From: Eledone cirrhosa
Taxonomy: Eukaryota
NCBI GenBank assembly: GCA_964016885.1
Contig: OZ024742.1
Coordinates: 30,070,001-30,134,000 of the forward strand
Direction: 5' to 3'
DNA length: 64,000 nucleotides
The notes beneath the pieces were generated by a model that made no database searches, was not told the DNA's origin, and worked only from the letters and a program-made list of their open reading frames with translations. Made by a program: the position numbers and the translations under genes. Below, in pieces: positions 1 to 9,736 of the stretch. The first letter of the stretch is position 1. The number at the start of each line of letters is the position of its first letter.

Positions 1-3000
1 CACCTGCTCAACGACCTCAGGTCACTAAACATAGATGTAGTGGCCATCAGCGAGACCAGAATCTCCGAAGCACGGGCCTTCGCACCGATCTTCGGCGGCT
101 ACGATGTGTACGCATCTCCCAGCCGTCCTGGATCCGGTGGAGGAGTTGCTGTACTTTTTCGGAGAGGTTTGGATCTCGCCATACGGGCCATCTTCCTGGA
201 CCCAGAGGGTAAGCTGGTGGTGCTGGACGTGACCAGCGGAGACGGGCAAGCTTTCAGGCTAGTGGCCGTCTATGCCCCGACAGGAGCAGGGCGGCCTGAT
301 TTCTTCCGGCGTCTGGAGACCTTTCTTGGAACGTCCCGCTCTTTAGTGTTAGTGGGCGACTGGAACGGGATCTTAGATGCACGCTGGGACTGTGTGGGAT
401 TAGCGGATAGGGGTGGAGGGTGCAAGAGCCTCACCAACCTGCTCAGGCGTTTTGAACTGTCTGACAGGTACCGATTGGATTTCCCGAATGTGCCAATGTG
501 GACTTGGACAAACCGCATAGGGTCATCCAGATCATATCTAGATAGAGTATTTTGTAGGGAAATAGATAGGTCTAGCATAGGCTGTCCACAATTCAAGATA
601 GTCAGCTACACGGACCACAAATTCGTGATCTGTGTGCTTGACTTAGATAGGCTTCATAGACGAGGACCCGGCTACTGGAAGCTAAACGCGTCCTTACCAG
701 CGCGCAAGGCCTACAGAGACCGGATTAGCGAACTAGTTAAGCGGGCGTTGACGGGGGCCATCGTCAACAACAAGTGGTGGTTTGCTCTGAAAAGAGCGAT
801 TAGAATAGAATCGATTAGGTTTAGTAAGGCTTTAGCAATAGAGAAAAATAGAGCAGAGGGAGAACTAGTTAGAAAATTAGACGAGGCGCTTAGCAAAGGC
901 ATTGCGACCGACGTGCTTGCGGCGAAATTGGCCCTTGACCAATTCTTCAATGCAAAGCACGAAGGCTGCGTTGTCAGAGCTAGGGTGCGTGCTCTCAGAC
1001 ACGAGGGGACGAAAGCCGTTCAATGGGCCCGAGTGGCGGAGGCGCGTCGTGGCAACAAAGCCACGATCCGGTCTTTGGTGGACCACGACGGGCGCATGCT
1101 ACTCGATCCCGGGCAAATGTGTGAAGCTTTTCAGCGACACTTCGCTCAGCTGTTCGGGGGCAGCGGGGGGCCGGGTAGAGGGATGGACTTTAGTGTCTAC
1201 CTCGACGGGCTGCCGCGGCTCTCGGCCACTGAGGCGAGGTGTTGCGAAAAGCCGATAACAGCCGCTGAAGTACGGGAGGCAATGACTGGCTGCACAAGGG
1301 GTAAATCGCCTGGTTTGGATGGTCTGCCCTATGAACTTTACGTACAGATGCCAGACTTGTTCGGAGGCCTCTTGGCGGACGTCTACTGCAACTGGCAACA
1401 GAACGGGAGAATTCCCAGTTCTGTGAGCCGAGGAGCGGTGGCACTGCTGAGAAAGGATCCGAACAAGGGGGATAACATAGACAATTTCCGGCCCATAACT
1501 CTGCTAAACACAGAGTTTAAGATTTTGGCCAAGGTGCTAGCAAAGAGGTTGGCGCTTGTCGTTGGTGGTCTGGTGGGAGAGGCGCAGACATGCGCCATTC
1601 CCGACAGATCCATCCACGACAACCTCCACCTCATGCGATACATCGTAGAGAGGGTAGCTAGGGAACCTGGCACGGGTGGGTCCTTGATCAATTTAGATCA
1701 GTCGAAAGCTTTCGATAGGGTCGACCATCGTTACCTAGCGGCAGTCCTGAGGGCGGCTGGCTTTGGGCCCGTCTTCAGAGGCTGGATCGCTGCCATGCAC
1801 AGCGACATCTGCTCTGTGGTGAGAGTGAACGGTCACCTGTCGGAACCGTTCAACATCATGCGCTCGGTCCGCCAAGGATGTCCCCTCTCGTCCCTCTTGT
1901 ACGTATTGACTCTCGAGCCATTACTGCACAAACTGGAGACGTTGAGGGGAGTCCCGCGCGAACTAGGATGCGGAAGATCCGTGTCAGCATATGCGGACGA
2001 TGTCACCGTAGTGGTGTCGAACGCCAAACACATCGAGGCGATCGGCACTACACTAAGAGAATACGAAGCGGTGACAGGAGCAATGATCAACCAGGAAAAG
2101 TCAGTGGGCCTGCAGCTCGGCACCTGGAGAGGCAGGTCCATGCCGTCCAACAGCGTCGTCGGGCGCTGGACGGACGGACCGGTTAAATTGCTAGGGGTCT
2201 GGTTCGGTCCGGACCTCCAGACGAACAAAAACTGGGACGAGGTGACGAGCAGGGTGGCTTCTCTCACCCAGAAATGGGCGGAGAGGAAGCTATCCCTGAA
2301 AGGTCGAGCGGAGGTGGCTAACGCGTACATCGCGTCTGTCATCTGCTACCGCCTAACCGTCGTACCTTGTCCTAAGCCTCGCCTGACTGCGCTGGAGCGT
2401 TTGCTCTTTCGCTTTTTGTGGAAGGGACGTGCTCCGATGGTCAGGCGGTCCATCTGTTGTCAACACCCGCTACGTGGAGGGCTGGGCATGCCGTGGCTGA
2501 TGATGCGCAGGCACGCGCTCAGGCTACGACATCTCCACCTCTTCCTCGACGGTGATCAGGTGTGGTCGCCGTTTGCTAGACGCGTTTTTCCCCAGCTCGT
2601 TTCCTTGACGGAGCTGCAGTCCTGGGTCAAGCGAAGACCGAGAGGGAGCGCCTGGAGACTGGAATGTCTTCAGGCGCTCACAGCCCTCGACCAATCGGGC
2701 AATGTGATCGGTGGAAACTCCACCTCGGCGTTCTATAGAGGATTAGTGGAGGGGAAGAGCGACGACGTACTTGGGGAAACTCTAGGCGTCGACGAAAATC
2801 AACTAGCCAATCTCTTCGGAAGAACTTTCGGGCCAGGGCCTATGGACAACTTCCAGAAATCTCTGGCCTGGCAGTGCTACCGAGGAGCCTTGCCAGTTCG
2901 GGATAAACTCTACAGGCATGGAGGTGCCGTCAGCCGGGCATGTCCGAGATGCGCGCAGGGCGACGAAACCGTCCTGCACGCACTCGTCCAGTGTCCGAAA

Positions 3001-3357
3001 ATTGCTGACTTGTGGGTTTATGTCGAACACCTGCTGTCGCGTTTAGGACGGATCCAGCTATCATCTGAGTCCATCGTGAGGATTGCCCCGCCCTCCTCCT
3101 TTAGCCGGGAAGGGCAGGCAGTTTTTATCTGTCTGGTGGCCATGGCGAAAGAGATAGTATGGTGGACACGTTTGAAAGGGCTGAAGACGAGCACTTACCT
3201 CTTCGGTGATGCTCTGATTGACTTTTTCAAATTTCATTTGAAAAGGAAAATCAGAGTAGAGAGGGAAGTGCTCTCTTCCCAGCATTTTGTTGAAAGATGG
3301 GTGAGAGAAGCAAGAATGGCCCGAGTGAATGGGCCGACTCTGAGTATATATCTGTAA
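1..3357 (+). CDS. ORF2 (APE endonuclease, reverse transcriptase, C-terminal zinc finger), N-terminus cut by window edge
   Basis: Motifs ISET, VYAP, GDWN, SYLDR, TDH (APE); GPGYWKLN; KSPGLDG, NFRPITLLN, LDQSKAFDRV, QGCPLS, YADD (RT); CPRC..H..C. Open frame. Confidence 0.95.
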   Translation, partial: HLLNDLRSLNIDVVAISETRISEARAFAPIFGGYDVYASPSRPGSGGGVAVLFRRGLDLAIRAIFLDPEGKLVVLDVTSGDGQAFRLVAVYAPTGAGRPDFFRRLETFLGTSRSLVLVGDWNGILDARWDCVGLADRGGGCKSLTNLLRRFELSDRYRLDFPNVPMWTWTNRIGSSRSYLDRVFCREIDRSSIGCPQFKIVSYTDHKFVICVLDLDRLHRRGPGYWKLNASLPARKAYRDRISELVKRALTGAIVNNKWWFALKRAIRIESIRFSKALAIEKNRAEGELVRKLDEALSKGIATDVLAAKLALDQFFNAKHEGCVVRARVRALRHEGTKAVQWARVAEARRGNKATIRSLVDHDGRMLLDPGQMCEAFQRHFAQLFGGSGGPGRGMDFSVYLDGLPRLSATEARCCEKPITAAEVREAMTGCTRGKSPGLDGLPYELYVQMPDLFGGLLADVYCNWQQNGRIPSSVSRGAVALLRKDPNKGDNIDNFRPITLLNTEFKILAKVLAKRLALVVGGLVGEAQTCAIPDRSIHDNLHLMRYIVERVAREPGTGGSLINLDQSKAFDRVDHRYLAAVLRAAGFGPVFRGWIAAMHSDICSVVRVNGHLSEPFNIMRSVRQGCPLSSLLYVLTLEPLLHKLETLRGVPRELGCGRSVSAYADDVTVVVSNAKHIEAIGTTLREYEAVTGAMINQEKSVGLQLGTWRGRSMPSNSVVGRWTDGPVKLLGVWFGPDLQTNKNWDEVTSRVASLTQKWAERKLSLKGRAEVANAYIASVICYRLTVVPCPKPRLTALERLLFRFLWKGRAPMVRRSICCQHPLRGGLGMPWLMMRRHALRLRHLHLFLDGDQVWSPFARRVFPQLVSLTELQSWVKRRPRGSAWRLECLQALTALDQSGNVIGGNSTSAFYRGLVEGKSDDVLGETLGVDENQLANLFGRTFGPGPMDNFQKSLAWQCYRGALPVRDKLYRHGGAVSRACPRCAQGDETVLHALVQCPKIADLWVYVEHLLSRLGRIQLSSESIVRIAPPSSFSREGQAVFICLVAMAKEIVWWTRLKGLKTSTYLFGDALIDFFKFHLKRKIRVEREVLSSQHFVERWVREARMARVNGPTLSIYL

Positions 3358-3617
3358 ACTAAAGGTGGAAAACTGGGAGAGGGCACTTGCCTTGGTGGTC
3401 AGGGTCATTGTGGCTTTTTACTGGGCTTTCTCCACAAATGTCCCTCCGAAGTCTCCCCCCTATTGGGGAATTTTTCTTTGTTATTTTCATTGTTATTTTT
3501 GTTACATCCTCTGTTTTTGTTTTTTTACACGCAGAAATGCCCATTTGTACCGTCCTGCATTGTCCTGCACTGTCCTTAATGTCTACTTTATGTAAACCCT
3601 TGTGGTTAATAAAGAAA

Positions 3618-3619
<2 letters not shown>
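1..3619 (+). mobile_element. Tx1/L1-clade non-LTR retrotransposon, copy 1 (5' part outside window)
   Basis: Near-identical to 6071-9691 (offset 6070). Ends AATAAA-GAAATC, followed by (ATT)14. Confidence 0.93.

Positions 3620-3661
<42 letters not shown>
3620..3661 (+). repeat. (ATT)14 tail/target between copies 1 and 2
   Basis: Pure ATT run directly after the 3' UTR and directly before GAATGCCATGG, the 5' end of copy 2. Confidence 0.97.
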
Positions 3662-3875
3662 GAATGCCATGGTTGACGGAGGCTCGGCTCTGTAAGGTAT
3701 AGTAATTTTTAACCGTTAAAACAATTGTAAATTGTTTAAAACTTGAACCAAATTGTTGATAAAGACACCCTCCTCCTCGTGAGAGGGGTCTTTCTGTCCG
3801 TTATTTGGCCCTTCGGGGTTAAATAACCAGTTATTGGGGTTTTGTACCCAAAATTTCATTTTAAACAAAATCAAC

Positions 3876-5972
3876 ATGGCTACAAAAAAGAAATTTCATA
3901 CGTCACTCCCACTCATTCCGTCTTCTTCTTCCTCAATCATCACTACAGCAGAGAGAAGATTGTCTCTCTCCCTCCCTTCTTTAAATGTGTCTCTCTCCCT
4001 CCCTTCTTTTTCGCAAGTGACGAAAGAAAAGAAAAGTCTCGTGCAAAGCGTGCAAGGTTTCTCCACGACGACGACGACAGCGACGAAACAGGTGTGCGGG
4101 AAATACGAAAACCCAGTTCATTCGTCTGACGTCAGGAATAATAGCAGTAGCAGCCGTAATAACAACAGCAACAGTGACAATGAAAACAACAGTAGCAGCC
4201 GCAACAGCATCACCAGCAGCATAAACAACAACAGCATTAGCAGCAGCAACACCAACAACAACCACAGCAACAGCGGCGGAGGCAGTAGTCGTGGTACCTG
4301 CAGCAACAACAAAAGTACCAGCAGCTCTGACGACAACAACAACAGCGGAGAAAAACCAATCTCATTTGCAGGTATTGCGAAAAACTTGGAAACAATCCTC
4401 ATAACAAATGAGGAATTAGAGGAAGCGAAGAAGATGGTGACAAAGAACGGACACCGAGCAATCTGCAAGGCAGCGGAAAAATTTTTCGAAACCCAAGAGC
4501 ACTGTACGGTCACGTACCGTACAGTAAGTACAAAATCCCGTAGGGTGGAAAGAGCCACAGAGGCCCAAATACAAGAAGCCTTGGGGTCTGTGTGGCAGCG
4601 GAAAACGCACATCACCCGAGGCAAAAAATATGCCACCGTAGACGTACTTTTTGCCACACCCCAGGAGGCAAAGGCCCAATTAGTAGTGACCCTAAGGAGC
4701 GAGGAAATGGTGTTGGTGCCCTCCTACTGTGGGCAAAAAATTGTGAGGGTCAAACTGACCCACGTCCCCCCCGGAATGACCCCTTCTTGGCTGGCCGCGT
4801 CTGTCCTCGTCGGAATCGAGGACAAAACAACTGTACTGCAAGTACAGAAAAAAGTAAGAGAAGATTGGGTCGGCTCCTCCATTGAGATGCTAATCCAAAC
4901 CAACCAGGAGTGCATCGAAGCTATCCCGGATGTGATAGACTTCGATAACGGCACTCAACTGCCCATAAGTGTTGAGGGCAAACGCCCGAAATGCTTTCGC
5001 TGTGGATCGAAGACTCACCTCAGGGCCTTCTGCAACGAGAAGACCCTGAGAAAGGAGAAAACCCCCCTCCTTCCGAATCCGGCTCCACGGCTACCAGCAA
5101 CAGGACAAGCGGCAACCAGGAACGATAGGCCCGTGGCACCCATACCCAATCCACGGAAATCAAAAACAGCAGCAGCAGTGGAAATACTAACAACAACAAC
5201 AGCAATACCAAATGCAGCTGCAACAGAGACTCCAGTGCAAACATCACCAACAACAACAAGTGAAAGAGTGGAGTTGGTACCCCTCCCCGACCTCACAGAA
5301 TCAGACATGGAGTGTGAGGTGGGAGAGAGATGGCAAAAGGTCGTAAGAAGGCACAAACGCAGAAGCAGCGCATCGTCGCCTTTGAAAAGGGAGGAAAGAA
5401 ATGAGAAAAGGGTAAAGTCTACTGCAAAGAGACCCACAGCAGCAACAACACCAACACCATCGCCACCCACACTAGCGCCACCATCACCACCGGCGACAAC
5501 CCCACCGCCAACAACACCTTCAACACCACCACCACAAGCACCAACATCGCAAACACAACAACAAAACACACACACCCAGCAACAACGACAAGAAAATAGC
5601 AGAACCACACCCCACCCCCAGAAAAACAAATGCACGGCAATAAATACACACAACAAGAAACTAATGACTTACATAATTGAACACACAGACATTTCACAAC
5701 AGGACTACATAATACCAGCACCAATCAAAACGCCAACTAACATAAAACTGCTAAAAATAGCACAGAAACAATACACAAATATTAAAACGAAATTCCCCAA
5801 CGCAGTTGGTGATTTCAGGGACCTAGGAGGAACCATCAATCGAAGAGTATACTCAGACATTCTCTTAGAAGAGCCGACGACCAGCCGAAGGGACGATTCA
5901 ACGGTCCCTTCACCAGACGATCAAGTGAAAAGGGATGTAAAAACCATCCCTCCTCTACCAAAAGTACGGTAA
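3876..5972 (+). CDS. ORF1 protein (698 aa, nucleic-acid-binding, CCHC zinc knuckle)
   Basis: First ATG (MATKKK) at 3876, also present in copy 3. CFRCGSKTHLRAFC is CX2CX4HX4C. Lies immediately upstream of ORF2. S/N- and P/T-rich low-complexity flanks. Confidence 0.88.
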   Translation: MATKKKFHTSLPLIPSSSSSIITTAERRLSLSLPSLNVSLSLPSFSQVTKEKKSLVQSVQGFSTTTTTATKQVCGKYENPVHSSDVRNNSSSSRNNNSNSDNENNSSSRNSITSSINNNSISSSNTNNNHSNSGGGSSRGTCSNNKSTSSSDDNNNSGEKPISFAGIAKNLETILITNEELEEAKKMVTKNGHRAICKAAEKFFETQEHCTVTYRTVSTKSRRVERATEAQIQEALGSVWQRKTHITRGKKYATVDVLFATPQEAKAQLVVTLRSEEMVLVPSYCGQKIVRVKLTHVPPGMTPSWLAASVLVGIEDKTTVLQVQKKVREDWVGSSIEMLIQTNQECIEAIPDVIDFDNGTQLPISVEGKRPKCFRCGSKTHLRAFCNEKTLRKEKTPLLPNPAPRLPATGQAATRNDRPVAPIPNPRKSKTAAAVEILTTTTAIPNAAATETPVQTSPTTTSERVELVPLPDLTESDMECEVGERWQKVVRRHKRRSSASSPLKREERNEKRVKSTAKRPTAATTPTPSPPTLAPPSPPATTPPPTTPSTPPPQAPTSQTQQQNTHTQQQRQENSRTTPHPQKNKCTAINTHNKKLMTYIIEHTDISQQDYIIPAPIKTPTNIKLLKIAQKQYTNIKTKFPNAVGDFRDLGGTINRRVYSDILLEEPTTSRRDDSTVPSPDDQVKRDVKTIPPLPKVR

Positions 5973-6007
5973 GTGGTCTTTCCCATCTTTTCCACTCTAT
6001 TTTAAAC

Positions 6008-9000
6008 ATGACCTCACTCAGAATAGGCAGCATAAATGCGCGTGGCTTGGGGTCGTCATGGAAGCAGGGTCACCTGCTCAACGACCTCAGGTCACTAAAC
6101 ATAGATGTAGTGGCCATCAGCGAGACCAGAATCTCCGAAGCACGGGCCTTCGCACCGATCTTCGGCGGCTACGATGTGTACGCATCTCCCAGCCGTCCTA
6201 GATCCGGTGGAGGAGTTGCTGTACTTTTTCGGAGAGGTTTGGATCTCGCCATACGGGCCATCTTCCTGGACCCAGAGGGTAAGCTGGTGGTGCTGGACGT
6301 GACCAGCGGAGACGGGCAAGCTTTCAGGCTAGTGGCCGTCTATGCCCCGACAGGAGCAGGGCGGCCTGATTTCTTCCGGCGTCTGGAGACCTTTCTTGGA
6401 ACGTCGCGCTCTTTAGTGTTAGTGGGCGACTGGAACGGGATCTTAGATGCACGCTGGGACTGTGTGGGATTAGCGGATAGGGGTGGAGGGTGCAAGAGCC
6501 TCACCAACCTGCTCAGGCGTTTTGAACTGTCTGACAGGTACCGATTGGATTTCCCGAATGTGCCAATGTGGACTTGGACAAACCGCATAGGGTCATCCAG
6601 ATCATATCTAGATAGAGTATTTTGTAGGGAAATAGATAGGTCTAGCATAGGCTGTCCACAATTCAAGATAGTCAGCTACACGGACCACAAATTCGTGATC
6701 TGTGTGCTTGACTTAGATAGGCTTCATAGACGAGGACCCGGCTACTGGAAGCTAAACGCGTCCTTACCAGCGCGCAAGGCCTACAGAGACCTGATTAGCG
6801 AACTAGTTAAGCGGGCGTTGACGGGGGCCATCGTCAACAACAAGTGGTGGTTTGCTCTGAAAAGAGCGATTAGAATAGAATCGATTAGATTTAGTAAGGC
6901 TTTAGCAATAGAGAAAAATAGAGCAGAGGGAGAACTAGTTAGAAAATTAGACGAGGCGCTTAGCAAAGGCATTGCGACCGACGTGCTTGCGGCGAAATTG
7001 GCCCTTGACCAATTCTTCAATGCAAAGCACGAAGGCTGCGTTGTCAGAGCAAGGGTGCGTGCTCTCAGACACGAGGGGACGAAAGCCGTTCAATGGGCCC
7101 GAGTGGCGGAGGCGCGTCATGGCAACAAAGCCACGATCCGGTCTTTGGTGGACCACGACGGGCGCATGCTACTCGATCCCGGGCAAATGTGTGAAGCTTT
7201 TCAGCGACACTTCGCTCAGCTGTTCGGGGGCAGCGGGGGGCCGGGTAGAGGGATGGACTTTAGTGTCTACCTCGACGGACTGCCGCGGCTCTCGGCCACT
7301 GAGGCGAGGTGTTGCGAAAAGCCGATAACAGCCGCTGAAGTACGGGAGGCAATGACTGGCTGCACAAGGGGTAAATCGCCTGGTTTGGATGGTCTGCCCT
7401 ATGAACTTTACGTACAGATGCCAGACTTGTTCGGAGGCCTCTTGGCGGACGTCTACTGCAACTGGCAACAGAACGGGAGAATTCCCAGTTCTGTGAGCCG
7501 AGGAGCGGTGGCACTGCTGAGAAAGGATCCGAACAAGGGGGATAACATAGACAATTTCCGGCCCATAACTCTGCTAAACACAGAGTTTAAGATTTTGGCC
7601 AAGGTGCTAGCAAAGAGGTTGGCGCTTGTCGTTGGTGGTCTGGTGGGAGAGGCGCAGACATGCGCCATTCCCGACAGATCCATCCACGACAACCTCCACC
7701 TCATGCGATACATCGTAGAGAGGGTAGCTAGGGAACCTGGCACGGGTGGGTCCTTGATCAATTTAGATCAGTCGAAAGCTTTCGATAGGGTCGACCATCG
7801 TTACCTAGCGGCAGTCCTGAGGGCGGCTGGCTTTGGGCCCGTCTTCAGAGGCTGGATCGCTGCCATGCACAGCGACATCTGCTCTGTGGTGAGAGTGAAC
7901 GGTCACCTGTCGGAACCGTTCAACATCATGCGCTCGGTCCGCCAAGGATGTCCCCTCTCGTCCCTCTTGTACGTATTGACTCTCGAGCCATTACTGCACA
8001 AACTGGAGACGTTGAGGGGAGTCCCGCGCGAACTAGGATGCGGAAGATCCGTGTCAGCATATGCGGACGATGTCACCGTAGTGGTGTCGAACGCCAAACA
8101 CATCGAGGCGATCGGCACTACACTAAGAGAATACGAAGCGGTGACAGGAGCAATGATCAACCAGGAAAAGTCAGTGGGCCTGCAGCTCGGCACCTGGAGA
8201 GGCAGGTCCATGCCGTCCAACAGCGTCGTCGGGCGCTGGACGGACGGACCGGTTAAATTGCTAGGGGTCTGGTTCGGTCCGGACCTCCAGACGGACAAAA
8301 ACTGGGACGAGGTGACGAGCAGGGTGGCTTCTCTCACCCAGAAATGGGCGGAGAGGAAGCTATCCCTGAAAGGTCGAGCGGAGGTGGCTAACGCGTACAT
8401 CGCGTCTGTCATCTGCTACCGCCTAACCGTCGTACCTTGTCCTAAGCCTCGCCTGACTGCGCTGGAGCGTTTGCTCTTTCGCTTTTTGTGGAAGGGACGT
8501 GCTCCGATGGTCAGGCGGTCCATCTGTTGTCAACACCCGCTACGTGGAGGGCTGGGCATGCCGTGGCTGATGATGCGCAGGCACGCGCTCAGGCTACGAC
8601 ATCTCCACCTCTTCCTCGACGGTGATCAGGTGTGGTCGCCGTTTGCTAGACGCGTTTTTCCCCAGCTCGTTTCCTTGACGGAGCTGCAGTCCTGGGTCAA
8701 GCGAAGACCGAGAGGGAGCGCCTGGAGACTGGAATGTCTTCAGGCGCTCACAGCCCTCGACCAATCGGGCAATGTGATCGGTGGAAACTCCACCTCGGCG
8801 TTCTATAGAGGATTAGTGGAGGGGAAGAGCGACGACGTACTTGGGGAAACTCTAGGCGTCGACGAAAATCAACTAGCCAATCTCTTCGGAAGAACTTTCG
8901 GGCCAGGGCCTATGGACAACTTCCAGAAATCTCTGGCCTGGCAGTGCTACCGAGGAGCCTTGCCAGTTCGGGATAAACTCTACAGGCATGGAGGTGCCGT

Positions 9001-9427
9001 CAGCCGGGCATGTCCGAGATGCGCGCAGGGCGACGAAACCGTCCTGCACGCACTCGTCCAGTGTCCGAAAATTGCTGACTTGTGGGTTTATGTCGAACAC
9101 CTGCTGTCGCGTTTAGGACGGATCCAGCTATCATCTGAGTCTATCGTGAGGATTGCCCCGCCCTCCTCCTTTAGCCGGGAAGGGCAGGCAGTTTTTATCT
9201 GTCTGGTGGCCATGGCGAAAGAGATAGTATGGTGGACACGTTTGAAAGGGCTGAAGACGAGCACTTACCTCTTCGGTGATGCTCTGATTGACTTTTTCAA
9301 ATTTCATTTGAAAAGGAAAATCAGAGTAGAGAAGGAAGTGCTCTCTTCCCAGCATTTTGTTGAAAGATGGGTGAGAGAAGCAAGAATGGCCCGAGTGAAT
9401 GGGCCGACTCTGAGTATATATCTGTAA
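6008..9427 (+). CDS. ORF2, 1139 aa APE endonuclease / reverse transcriptase
   Basis: Starts MTSLRIGSINARG (APE N-terminus). All APE and RT (YADD) motifs and the C-terminal CCHC are present, with no stops. Confidence 0.96.
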   Translation: MTSLRIGSINARGLGSSWKQGHLLNDLRSLNIDVVAISETRISEARAFAPIFGGYDVYASPSRPRSGGGVAVLFRRGLDLAIRAIFLDPEGKLVVLDVTSGDGQAFRLVAVYAPTGAGRPDFFRRLETFLGTSRSLVLVGDWNGILDARWDCVGLADRGGGCKSLTNLLRRFELSDRYRLDFPNVPMWTWTNRIGSSRSYLDRVFCREIDRSSIGCPQFKIVSYTDHKFVICVLDLDRLHRRGPGYWKLNASLPARKAYRDLISELVKRALTGAIVNNKWWFALKRAIRIESIRFSKALAIEKNRAEGELVRKLDEALSKGIATDVLAAKLALDQFFNAKHEGCVVRARVRALRHEGTKAVQWARVAEARHGNKATIRSLVDHDGRMLLDPGQMCEAFQRHFAQLFGGSGGPGRGMDFSVYLDGLPRLSATEARCCEKPITAAEVREAMTGCTRGKSPGLDGLPYELYVQMPDLFGGLLADVYCNWQQNGRIPSSVSRGAVALLRKDPNKGDNIDNFRPITLLNTEFKILAKVLAKRLALVVGGLVGEAQTCAIPDRSIHDNLHLMRYIVERVAREPGTGGSLINLDQSKAFDRVDHRYLAAVLRAAGFGPVFRGWIAAMHSDICSVVRVNGHLSEPFNIMRSVRQGCPLSSLLYVLTLEPLLHKLETLRGVPRELGCGRSVSAYADDVTVVVSNAKHIEAIGTTLREYEAVTGAMINQEKSVGLQLGTWRGRSMPSNSVVGRWTDGPVKLLGVWFGPDLQTDKNWDEVTSRVASLTQKWAERKLSLKGRAEVANAYIASVICYRLTVVPCPKPRLTALERLLFRFLWKGRAPMVRRSICCQHPLRGGLGMPWLMMRRHALRLRHLHLFLDGDQVWSPFARRVFPQLVSLTELQSWVKRRPRGSAWRLECLQALTALDQSGNVIGGNSTSAFYRGLVEGKSDDVLGETLGVDENQLANLFGRTFGPGPMDNFQKSLAWQCYRGALPVRDKLYRHGGAVSRACPRCAQGDETVLHALVQCPKIADLWVYVEHLLSRLGRIQLSSESIVRIAPPSSFSREGQAVFICLVAMAKEIVWWTRLKGLKTSTYLFGDALIDFFKFHLKRKIRVEKEVLSSQHFVERWVREARMARVNGPTLSIYL

Positions 9428-9691
9428 ACTAAAGGTGGAAAACTGGGAGAGGGCACTTGCCTTGGTGGTCAGGGTCATTGTGGCTTTTTACTGGGCTTTC
9501 TCCACAAATGTCCCTCCGAAGTCTCCCCCCTATTGGGGAATTTTTCATTGTTATTTTCATTGTTATTTTTGTTACATCCTCTGTTTTTGTTTTTTTTTAC
9601 ACGCAGAAATGCCCATTTGTACCGTCCTGCATTGTCCTGCACTGTCCTTAATGTCTACTTTATGTAAACCCTTGTGGTTAATAAAGAAATC

Positions 9692-9736
9692 ATTGTTATC
9701 ATCATCAACATTATTATTATTATTATTATTATTATT
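9692..9736 (+). repeat. Degenerate (ATT/ATC)n junction between copies 2 and 3
   Basis: attgttatcatcatcaac followed by (att)n. Confidence 0.92.

Larger units (their letters stand above)
3662..9691 (+). mobile_element. Tx1/L1-clade non-LTR retrotransposon, copy 2, full length and intact
   Basis: 5' UTR 3662-3875, ORF1, 35-nt spacer, ORF2, then 3' UTR with AATAAA. The same 5' end recurs at 9737. Confidence 0.93.

Noticed and set aside
3761-3830. HDV-like ribozyme in the Tx1 5' UTR (TCCTCG loop)
   Set aside because: The motif sits in a simple hairpin. I could not build P1/P1.1 (no GG after the P1 3' strand), P2 or the J4/2 cytosine.
25-9478. Antisense and alternate-frame ORFs within the Tx1 copies
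   Set aside because: Expected by chance in GC-rich coding DNA. They are duplicated only because the copies are near-identical, and carry no recognisable motifs.
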